Of a stretch of DNA of 64,000 nt, positions 34,901-44,818 are shown piece after piece. The stretch lies in assembly GCA_950097015.1 (NCBI GenBank), contig CATNEN010000025.1:868001-932000 (forward strand), given 5' to 3'. The notes under the pieces are model-generated. The model worked only from the letters and a program-made list of their open reading frames with translations, was not told the origin of the DNA and made no database searches. The translations under genes and the position numbers were made by a program. Positions within the stretch are counted from its first letter, which is position 1. Every line of letters starts with the position of its first letter. The stretch is from Macrostomum hystrix (Eukaryota > Animalia > Platyhelminthes).

Positions 34901-35161
34901 TCTCTCAATCTACATTAGTAGGCTGATATCCCCATTCTTCCCAATCTACATGAGTAGGCTGATATCCCCATTCTCTCAATCTACATGAGTAGGCTGATAT
35001 CCCCATTCTCTCAATCTACATGAGTAGGCTGATCTCCCAATCTAAAATGAAGCAGACTGAGATTTACTATGTTTACTGAGATAAACTAATATAGTTTTCT
35101 TTGTACCTAGCCGTTTTGTCCCACCATCGAATCAACCAACAGCCCCAACAAGGTGACATGA
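31973..35161 (+). CDS. Gln/Pro-rich single-RRM RNA-binding protein
   Basis: ATG at 31973. RNP2 IFIGNL and RNP1 RGFAFIRF. Probable donor ATG|GTAGGC at 32558 and acceptor at 35110, giving a short terminal exon with a stop at 35159-35161. The 3' structure is uncertain. Confidence 0.7.
32600..35040. repeat. 35-36-nt minisatellite in the RRM-gene intron (CTACATGAGTAGGCTGATATCCCCATTCTTCCCAAT)
   Basis: About 65-70 copies with repeated blocks of variants. Confidence 0.97.
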
Positions 35162-35520
35162 GCTTGTGCTTGAACAAAGCGATTACTCTTCAGTCTGCGG
35201 CGATGAGCTCGTCCTTGAACTACAGCCTGCAGCAGCCAGACGAGCTGCCCAAATGGCTGCACGATCGCCTAGTAGAGGACACCGCGCGCCTAGTCGACTG
35301 CCTGCTAGCAGAACTGCGTCTGTGCAACCAGCTGGCCGCTGCTGCCACTACAGCCAGCGAGGCGGCCTCGTTGCGTCAGCAGGCTCGCGATCTCGAAGTC
35401 AGACTGCGAGCTCGCAACGCTGAACTGGCCAATCTGAACGGCTCGGGCTCTCGCTGCAAGCAACAGCAGCAGCAGCAGCAGCGCCCTGGACAAGGCGACC
35501 AATCCTGTAGCAGAACTTGA
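35158..35520 (+). CDS. Small coiled-coil/Gln-rich ORF (separate cistron, or last exon of the RRM gene in another phase)
   Basis: 120-codon ORF with exon-like composition (LRQQARDLEVRLRARNAELANL). No recognised family. Confidence 0.45.
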   Translation: MSLCLNKAITLQSAAMSSSLNYSLQQPDELPKWLHDRLVEDTARLVDCLLAELRLCNQLAAAATTASEAASLRQQARDLEVRLRARNAELANLNGSGSRCKQQQQQQQRPGQGDQSCSRT

Positions 35521-37093
35521 TGCAATACTAAATAATAAACCGCTTCTCTTGTCGATTTTCTTAGCACCAAGTTTACAGGAAAATGATCGAATTTTTTGGC
35601 GCGTCGATTTCGTTTTTATTTTATTCATGTTTTTCTTCCCATAGCGATATGTCCTGTTCTTTTTTCGCACTTAACAATAGAAAGACCAGGTATTTCAAAT
35701 ACCCACTGCCTACTTCACGATAGCTCTTAAACCGAAGTTTCCACCCTTTACGTTGAACCAACTTTTGCAGCCGTCCGAGTCAGCATCGTTGACATTTTCA
35801 GCGATTCCTGTCGTAGATGTAAAATTCTATGGCGAATCCTTATGGGTTCAAATGTATAATCAATAAAATATAATTAACAATAGTAGCAGACGTGGTTAAA
35901 TAATGAAATTTTGTGAGCAGAAAATGGTCGTTTTTGCCACCAGACACCCCGACGAGATTTGTCGAATATCTCGACGATGCCGATGTTTTGTGATTCTGGA
36001 AGTTGTCGTCGTCGTCATCGTTGACGTCGTCGGATAGAACGGAAAATTTCAGATCGTGTTCTGGATTTTCATGGCGATTGGTTGAATATTTTGGGCGATA
36101 CCGAAAAAGGACATTGTGCGTATTTGAAATACCCCCGTGGTGTTCCTATTGTCACTTCTGAACTGTTGCTAATCCAGTCTTGTAATATTTTCATTTTGCA
36201 ATTTTATCTGTCTGTTCTGACGCCTACACGTTTATACGCAATAGCTTCAATAGCTGTTCATTTATTTGATCATCAAGTCGGGTAACTATAGCTTATTTTG
36301 CTACTTAATCTATGCGCGCCAAATTTGACAAGCGTCCATATTTATTCATTCTTCTACCTGATAGTGTGTGCGACAATCTTTTGTCTCGTCAGGTCTGATT
36401 TGTTGTCTGACGGCATTTGACTTTTAGAAAGTTTTATTAATATGATCGTTTTTATAAACGAAAGAAAGACATTTTTATCCTTATTTTTGTACTTCATAGA
36501 CTTCACCGTGCAATGTACGAGTATAGTATAGTATTTTTTACTTCATACCTTTTCAAAATTATACACGAAATGCTTGTAAATGCACTAATTTGTGTAATCT
36601 CTAAAGCTTTCGTGTATTTTATTTCACACATGCTTATTACATGTTCTTACTTAACTACTTTGTTAGTAGCATCTTGGTATTTTGTGCGTCTTACGTGTTA
36701 TTTATTCAGTTTAGCAGTACTTTTTAAAAATAATAAAATACTTTTGCGAGTTAGCGTGCCTGTTTGGTCTTGTTTTGTATCTGCATTTTTGGTTTCTTTA
36801 TTTTCTTTTGAAATATTATATAGTTGTTCTTTTGAGACGATATGTATCGAAATATGTATCAAATAATCTTTCTTTTCTGAGTCACAGTTGACTATGGAAC
36901 AGAACAAAGCAGAAACTAGTTAGATGCTATGCGTATCCAAAGTATTTAGTATAATTAAATATTGAATGATACGTTGAATGTAAAAATATTGTGTGACATA
37001 AGAATGAAAAAGTCCTATTAGAACAAGGAGGCCGCAGCCGATATGTATAGAAAATTACTTACCATCTTCAGCTGTGAAGCCAATAACTAAGCT

Positions 37094-37513
37094 ATGCTAG
37101 ACCCGGTGGCAGTGTACGACCTGCTAGTTAAACTGGCCGATCAGGAGGGCATTCGGGTCACTGTTAAGCAGTCGGCTAAGGGCGCCGCAATTGCCGGCAC
37201 AGGCGCCTTTGTCGGCGGCCTAATCGGCGGTCCTGTTGGCGTGGCGGTCGGCGCTACACTCGGCGGCCTGACAGGCATGTGGGCCACAGCTGGCACATTT
37301 GAGCCGCTGGCTGTTGTACTCAAACGGCTGCCAAAGGAGAAACGCGACCAACTGTTGGACTCAACTATGGATCTGTTGCGCGGCCTGGATGTTAGCGATG
37401 CGGCTCTTCTGGCAAGCTTACTGGCTAGCAACATGGATTTGAGAAGTCAGGTGTTGGCTCAGTTAACTGGCTTCGCTACTGAGCAGCTGGGCTTGATGCT
37501 GCAGCCGTCATAG
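37094..37513 (+). CDS. C19orf12: C19orf12/Nazo-family glycine-zipper membrane protein
   Basis: LLVKLADQEGIRVTVKQSAKGAAIAGTGAFVGGLIGGPVGVAVGATLGGL...FEPLAVVLKRLP matches the family pattern. Intronless, 139 aa. Confidence 0.9.
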   Translation: MLDPVAVYDLLVKLADQEGIRVTVKQSAKGAAIAGTGAFVGGLIGGPVGVAVGATLGGLTGMWATAGTFEPLAVVLKRLPKEKRDQLLDSTMDLLRGLDVSDAALLASLLASNMDLRSQVLAQLTGFATEQLGLMLQPS

Positions 37514-37964
37514 CTGATAAGACAGATTTGTTTACATAGAACATGTACTGAAAATATCATTCTCATCTAAAATTAAATGGATTTTTGCAGATAAATATAA
37601 TTGAGTAAAATTTTCTGTGGGATGTCCTCTATATTCAGGTGCATATTAACGGTATTTATCCTGATGTTAACAGCCATGTGCCATTGTAATTAGTAGCTTG
37701 TACGTATATTTTTTATTCTTCTATGGATGTTCTTATATCAAGTGATCACAACAAAAACGTTTTGAAACCGCTGCGTTAGCTTTTTAGAAATTGCCATCCT
37801 TCTATCTTTTTTCGTGTATTTTGCAACACAAAAGTAGGGGCTAGCAGAGCTTTTGAATGCTAGTCGAGCTAAGGTCAAAAGATTCGATTTTAAATCATGT
37901 TCTTTCTTAACGGCTTTGTTATTACTGTCTTAAGTGTCTTGTCGAGTTTCGGTGGCGACCCCTA

Positions 37965-38032
37965 ACCCAGTCCACGGACTGAACAGCTGTACACAGTCTT
38001 TAGAAGCGCCCCGCAACAACTAGGCTAGGTGT
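37965..38032 (+). mobile_element. 3' fragment of SINE family B
   Basis: CCCAGTCCACGGACTGAACAGCTGTACACAG...AGGTGTAAT matches 16993-17097. Confidence 0.65.
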
Positions 38033-38091
38033 AATATTTAATCATCGAATCATTCTACTCTTATTAGAGTATCCCACCAAAAAATTTCCAG

Positions 38092-40108
38092 GCTACCAGC
38101 GTCAGTCCTGTTGATATTAGCAACGCCCTAGCAGCGGCGGATGAGTTTTTACACTTTAAACGCCTCTGTGGCGGCGGTAGCGGCGGCGACTTTGATCTAA
38201 TCAATCGACTATTGGCGCAACAGTTGCGCACCACCGCAGACTGCGACGCTTTTGTCGGAGTGGACGGCGTCGCCTACAAGCTGGCCGGCTATCTGGCTGG
38301 TCGACGCGCCGACGAAGCTCTGCTTGCTGGCCACCTTCTGCTACGCCTGACTGCCAGGTGTAGCGCGAACTCAATCACTGAGCTGCTGCGCCAGGCTGGG
38401 CCCTACTGTATTGGCCACGCCACTGGCGGTGGCGGCCTTATTCAACGCTTGTGCCTAATAATTTTAATTAATTGTTGTCGCGCAAGTGTCGCTCTAGGCG
38501 GTCGACTAGTTCGTCTAGGCCTATTGGATGCCTGTTTAATTGGCCTTCGATTGGTTAGTGTTAAATGGAACATTAAAGAAGTAGATGATGACAATAGTCT
38601 GCTAGATTTGTACATTCTCGGCTTAGTCAGATTGAGTCGTCTGTGCTGCCTAGCTCAGAGTCGAGCACTACGGGATCTTGTACAACCCCGTCTGGTGTCT
38701 ATGCTGGAAACTGTTAGGCGACTTTGCCAGAGAGCTGCTGACCGACTGGCTGCAGGTGCGTTAACGAAGGCCTATACTTTGATTTTTACTAGAGAGGGCG
38801 GTGGCAAAGCGGTTAGCGCGTTTGCCTCCCACTCCAAGGTGCCTAAGTTCGATTTCGCGGCGAGGCCACATTCATTTGGGGCGCAGCGAGAAAGCTTCGG
38901 GGTTTGTCGTGCAATTTACGCCGTTGAGGGCCAACCTCCAAGGCACAGTGAAAGTGTACACTGGCCTGACGATGAGAAAGTCAGGGCAGATGTACACACC
39001 TGTATGAGCGTGTGCCTGCGTACGGTATCTGTTCTTGTGTGCTCAGGAGTCCGCGAAATGGGCAGAATTGCCTCCTCGCTGGCTGTGGGTCTAGTGTCAC
39101 CAAATGATGTGCCATTGCCTGCAGCCCTCCCGTAAGTTATTATTATATTATACGGATTGTTACTAGTTTATTGCTATTTTAATTTTTCGAAATGCGCTTG
39201 TACTCTACTGATAGTAGCTAGTACTAGAGTTTAATTTTGTGACTAAAAATTACTTCTTTGAACACAAATCCGCAGGCATCGTTGATCCAGCCCTCTGCCA
39301 GCCATTCTTCGCTGCCTGTTGTCTTCAGCAGGCCTTCTTAACCGCTCCTAATCAAGACAGCCAACCAATGGAACTGCTGACACCTCAGCATCCCGTATTG
39401 CTAGCCAATCTGGCTACGTCTATCGACCAGTCGAGCGAAGCATCGGCCGCGGCTGTCTCACTCGGTCGTGGACTTCGCTGCTGCGCCGCCCGATCCGCCT
39501 ACCTAGTGTCGGCCGATGCTGCTAGCTCATCAGTGCAGCCGCAGCTAGCCTGCGAACTAGTTAGACAGCTGGCCGAATTGGCTGTTCGACATCAGGCTTC
39601 GGTTGAGGCCGGCGATCTACTAGTTGCCGTTGTTAAACTCGCATCGTCGATAGCGGAGTCGGGACTACTGTCTGAGGTGGCGGGCTCGGCGCTGCTCAGA
39701 CTGGGCACTTGCGCGCCAAACTGGCTGGGCCGACGCGGCTGCGGCCTGACAGAGATGGCGCTCCGTTTGGCAGCCGATCAGCTGATTCGAATGCCCGAGA
39801 GTAACACTGCGGACGCTTCCGCAGCTGCTGAATTGTCAAATCTAGTGACAGCTTGTCAAGCCTGTCTGGGTTCCTCACTGCCCTCTGCTGCTGCTGCCGT
39901 TTCTGCCGACGGTGGTGGCATCGGCGATCGAATCCTAGTGCCGACTTTGCACCTGTTGGCGCTGATTAAGCGTCGTCTAGGCGCGGATTATTGGCTTAGT
40001 CTGACCGGCGGCAATCGGCTCTTGAATCGATTGCTGGCCGACTGCAGCGGACTGGTTGCTTCAGCCGCCGAGCACACCGCTTATTTGATGGACTCAAAAC
40101 TGCAGTGA
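38092..40108 (+). CDS. Leu/Ala-rich alpha-helical (ARM/HEAT-like) hypothetical protein lacking a cognate start ATG
   Basis: Exon 38092-38755 is open from the acceptor TTTCCAG. A phase-1 GT-AG intron 38756-39275 contains a SINE. Exon 39276-40108 continues in frame. The fold assignment is inferred from composition only. Confidence 0.7.
38800..39150 (+). mobile_element. SINE family A, near full length, intronic
   Basis: tRNA head GTGGCAAAGCGG...GTTCGATTTC, conserved body and TTA tail. Confidence 0.9.
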
Positions 40109-40134
40109 TTTCTGTCATGACAGACTGATCAGTC

Positions 40135-40255
40135 ATTTGATTGATAACACTAGTGCTGATTACCTGTCAGCCAGCTGATTGATAACACTAGTGCTGATTA
40201 CCTGTCAGTCAGCTGATTGATAACACTAGTGCTGATTACCTGTCAGTCAGCTGAT
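40135..40255. repeat. 38-nt tandem repeat x3 just after the stop (TGATTGATAACACTAGTGCTGATTACCTGTCAGTCAGC)
   Basis: Three near-identical copies. Confidence 0.9.
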
Positions 40256-40815
40256 AAAAATTACCTGCCAGTAGCTTATTTACAGGACTTTCAACCATAA
40301 CAGTCTAGATTCAATAGAGAGCCTGGTTCCATATTTTTTATGTCACTCTACTCAATGATTCTCACATTTTCAAACACAGCTAAACGATCTTGTTGCGCTG
40401 ATTTCGTTTTCAATTGAATTTTACGAAGCATTTTCGTTTTCGTGGTTGGTGTCTGCTGGTTTTTTATAAAGGCTTTTGTTATTTTGTTGAATGCTTTTTT
40501 TCATTTAATGAACCAACTTTAGAGACAAGAATCCGTTTTCATTGATTTGTGTTACATGTTGTTGTGTTTAATATGTTCTTTTCGTCTAATGTGTTTATAG
40601 ATATGATGTGTGGGTGGTCATAGGAAGTTGCAATACAGACCTACTGTACAGATTGCTACTACCATTTCATCTCTTATTAGCTTTTTGCTAACTCTGATAC
40701 TTGATAGATATAATCTTATACCTTGATCACCATCTGCTGGCATTTCAGCTTGCATTATCAAATCCGTACAAAAAGCAGAAGCCGAATCCTTTGCAACTAA
40801 AAAGCAGCAGTCAGC

Positions 40816-43800
40816 ATGGGCGGCGGACACGTGCCAGAGCCAACCAGAGAGTCGCTTTATGAGCCGCTAAAGAATCCGCAATTTAACGAGACCTGGCTCT
40901 ACAAAGCCTTGGATATTCCTACTGATTGGTTTAAGCGCAATGTTACTGATCGATTTCGGCAAAAATATCCCTATTATCATCAGCGATTTCCACGAGTGCC
41001 CACCATCGACCAGTGCTACGTTGACGACCACATCTGCTTTCTAGAGGCCAATGAACAGTACAAGCGAGATCGGTCAGTGAATTTCTATAATCTGCATCCT
41101 AATTGTCATAATCTGCATCCTATTTGTCATAATCTGCATCCTATTTGTCATAATCTAAATCCTAGTTATCATTATCTGCACCGTAATTGTCATAATCTGC
41201 ATCCTAGTTATCATAATCTGCATCCTAGTTATCATAATCTGCATCCTAGTTATCATAATCTGCATCCTAGTTATCATAATCTGCATCCTATTTGTCATAA
41301 TCTAAATCCTAGTTATCATTATCTGCACCGTAATTGTCATAATCTGCATCCTAGTTATCATAATCTGCATCCTAGTTATCATAATCTGCATCCTAGTTAT
41401 CATAATCTGCATCCTATTTGTCATAATCTGCATCCTAGTTATCATTATCTGCATCCTAGTTATCATAATCTGCATCCTAATTGTCATAATCTGCATCCTA
41501 GTTATCATAATCTGCATCCTAATTGTCATAATCTGCATCCTATTTGTCATAATCTGCATCCTATTTGTCATAATCTAAATCCTAGTTATCATTATCTGCA
41601 CCGTAATTGTCATAATCTGCATCCTAGTTATCATAATCTGCATCCTAGTTATCATAATCTGCATCCTAGTTATCATAATCTGCATCCTTTTTGTCATAAT
41701 CTGCATCCTAATTGTCATAATCTGCATCCTAGTTATCATAATCTGCATCCTAATTGTCATAATCTGCATCCTATTTGTCATAATCTGCATCCTATTTGTC
41801 ATAATCTAAATCCTAGTTATCATTATCTGCACCGTAATTGTCATAATCTGCATCCTAGTTATCATAATCTGCATCCTAGTTATCATAATCTGCATCCTAG
41901 TTATCATAATCTGCATCCTAGTTATCATAATCTGCATCCTAGTTATCATAATCTGCATCCTAGTTATCATAATCTGCATCCTAATTGTCATAATCTGCAT
42001 CCTATTTGTCATAATCTGCATCCTATTTGTCATAATCTGCATCCTAGTTATCATATTCTGCACCGTAATTGTCATAATCTGCATCCTAGTTATCATAATC
42101 TGCATCCTAGTTATCATAATCTGCATCCTATTTGTCATAATCTAGATCCTAGTTATCATAATCTGCATCCTAGTTATCATAATCTGCATCCTAGTTATCA
42201 TAATCTGCATCCTAGTTATCATATTCTGCATCCTAGTTATCATAATCTGCATCCTATTTGTCATAATCTAGATCCTAGTTATCATAATCTGCATCCTAGT
42301 TATCATAATCTGCATCCTTTTTGTCATAATCTGCATCCTAATTGTCATAATCTGCATCCTAATTATCATATTCTGCATCCTAATTATCGGCATCCATTCC
42401 GCGCCATTGTCATGGCAACCAACTGACGCCTGGCCTTGAATCTCCGCAGGCTGGTCGACCTGGAGATCGTCCACATTCTGCGCAGGCGGCAGGCCCAGTG
42501 CTTCAAATGGTACGGCAGGCAGCGCGACCTGGCCGAGAAGCACTGCGCCCAGATTATGAAGGACTACGACGAGAGTAAGAGGCTTTGAGTACCAACCTTC
42601 CTTGGGACTGTGTCTTGGAGAGTGACAGTGACTGTGTCTTGGAGAGTGACTGTGTCTTGGAGAGTGACAGTGACTGTCTTGGAGAGTGACAGTGACTGTG
42701 TCTTGGAGAGTGACAGTGACTGTGTCTTGGAGAGTGACAGTGACTGTGTCTTGGAGAGTGACAGTGACTGTGTCTTGGAGAGTGACAGTGACTGTGTCTT
42801 GGAGAGTGACAGTGACTGTGTCTTGGAGAGTGACAGTGACTGTGTCTTGGAGAGTGACAGTGACTGTGTCTTGGAGAGTGACAGTGACTGTGTCTTGGAG
42901 AGTGACAGTGACTGTGTCTTGGAGAGTGACAGTGACTGTGTCTTGGAGAGTGACAGTGACTGTGTCTTGGAGAGTGACAGTGACTGTGTCTTGGAGAGTG
43001 ACAGTGACTGTGTCTTGGAGAGTGACAGTGACTGTGTCTTGTAGAGTGACAGTGACTGTGTCTTGGAGAGTGACAATGACTGTGTCTTGGAGAGTAACAG
43101 TGACTGTGTCTTGGAGAGTGACAGTGACTGTGTCTTGGAGAGTGGCAGTGACTGTGTCTTGGAGAGTGACAGTGACTGTCTTGGAGAGTGACAGTGACTT
43201 TGTCTTGGAGAGTGACAGTGACTTATTGAATGAGAGTGACAGTGACTTATTGAATGAGAGTGATAGTGACTTATTGTAGGAGAGTGACAGTGACTTATTG
43301 TAGGAGAGTGACAGTGACTTATTGTAGGAGAGTGACAGTGACTTATTGTAGGAGAGTGACAGTGACTTATTGTAGGAGAGTGACAGTGACTTATTGTAGG
43401 AGAGTGACAGTGACTTATTGTAGGAGAGTGACAGTGACTTATTGTAGGAGAGTGACAGTGACTTATTGTAGGAGAGTGACAGTGACTTATTGAATGAGAG
43501 TGACAGTGACTTATTGTAGGAGAGTGACAGTGACTTATTGAATGAGAGTGACAGTGACTGTCTTGGAGAGTGACAGTGACTGTGTCTTGGAGAGTGACAG
43601 TGACTGTGTCTTGGAGAGTGACAGTGACTTATTGAATGAGAGTGACAGTGACTTATTGAAGGAGAGTGACAGGCATTGATTGATGGAGAGTGACAGTCAC
43701 ATGTCCCTAACCAATTGTTCCCGCAGCCTCCACCAACTACTTCATCAAGTACGGCGACATGGGCGTTCACTACAACGTTAAGAACGCTTTGATGAAGCAG

Positions 43801-43977
43801 AAGCACCGGATGCTGTGGGAGCAGAAACACGGCGAAGTTGGCAGCCGCGGAGATCCCAACAGATTTCCGAACAATGCCGATCCCCAACCTGGCTCGCTGG
43901 ATCACGAGGACACCCTGGTTGGCAATCTGCGCAAGTTCAACTCCCACGTAAAAAATCCCAAAGAGATGGCCCCCTAA
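40816..43977 (+). CDS. NDUFB10: NADH:ubiquinone oxidoreductase subunit B10 (PDSW)
   Basis: Exons 40816-41072, 42450-42574, 43727-43977 (phases 2 and 1). YYHQRFPRVPTIDQCYVDDHICFLEANEQYKRDR|LVDLEIVHILRRR..C...KYGDMG...ALMKQKHRM. Confidence 0.93.
41085..42380. repeat. 21-nt minisatellite in NDUFB10 intron 1 (CATAATCTGCATCCTAGTTAT)
   Basis: About 60 copies. Confidence 0.97.
42605..43700. repeat. 24-nt minisatellite in NDUFB10 intron 2 (GAGAGTGACAGTGACTGTGTCTTG, switching to ...TTATTGTAG)
   Basis: About 45 copies in two subtypes. Confidence 0.97.
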
Positions 43978-44818
43978 ATCGAATCATAAAATACTGATGA
44001 AAGAAGTGCTGCTCGCGGAACTTTTACAAAACTTCTTCTGGTTGACGTCGGAAAATGTGACTGGCAAAGTAGGGTTATATATCATGAAATATCACTCGGA
44101 AGAAAGTCTAGGATTTCCGTTAATTATCACAGTTTTTTGTAAAGTTTTCTCTCTTAGTAACATCACACAGTCTGGGTTAGATGTATTATGTATTGAGCTA
44201 TTCTGTGAGTAATATATTATCAATACATTATTAGCTAATAAGTAACACTAAAGTTCTAGAGATTTGTTTAGCTTTTAGTGTGTTTGAGCTTGTGTGAGGC
44301 GCTATAACTTTTTGTGTCTTTTACCTGCATCTAGACTAATCAAATAGTTATCCAACTCGATATGTTCATGCCTTCTCATCGATCATTTTCACGTCAATTG
44401 ATTAGAATTGTTAGAAAATACTAAAACAGTCCCCAAGTTAGTACTTAGCAAAGAAGTAGTACATATTTTATCTATATATATTCTTTCGAATACGAAATAT
44501 AATACAAGAGATCAATGAAACTATTCAATTTTCTTCTCCAAGCTAGCTGCAGAAAGTTAATAAAATTAGCACAAGCTCAACTGATCTGATGCACGTTTCA
44601 CTTGTTGTTTCATTTCCTTTGTTTTTTAGTATTAGATGAATTAATTGAATGGGAAAATTAGAATTCTTAGATAGCTGGTAAAGCCATCTGAATAGAAACT
44701 ATGGTTGTTAATTCGTATTTTATTATGTACAGATTAGTGTTATTATTGTTTAAAATAACCTAATGTTACTACTTTCAGCAACACTGCGCCGGGCAGACTT
44801 GAAAGCAGCAGCAGCATC

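Noticed and set aside
35760-36430. Decayed transposase or minus-strand gene with an acidic stretch
   Set aside because: Frames are interrupted and no catalytic motif is recognisable.
38950-39000. Hammerhead ribozyme in SINE A (CTGACGA-TGA-GAAA-GTC)
   Set aside because: Only 3 nt separate CUGANGA and GAAA, so there is no stem II. There is no stem III or correctly placed stem I. The bases instead form the simple hairpin CCTGAC/GTCAGG.
39010-39040. U2 snRNA-like GTATCTGTTCTT
   Set aside because: Only 12 nt, present in one SINE copy and absent from the others, with no U2 flanks or Sm site.
38756-39135. C-terminal part of the 307-aa ORF as real protein
   Set aside because: It is read-through into an intronic SINE A after the CAG|GTGCGT donor.
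42268-43947. 559-aa minus-strand ORF and other repeat-derived ORFs (1327, 20215, 21926, 32702-34389, 45306-46634, 54668-55456, 57880, 59590)
   Set aside because: They are translations of stop-poor minisatellite units, mostly inside introns of recognisable genes.
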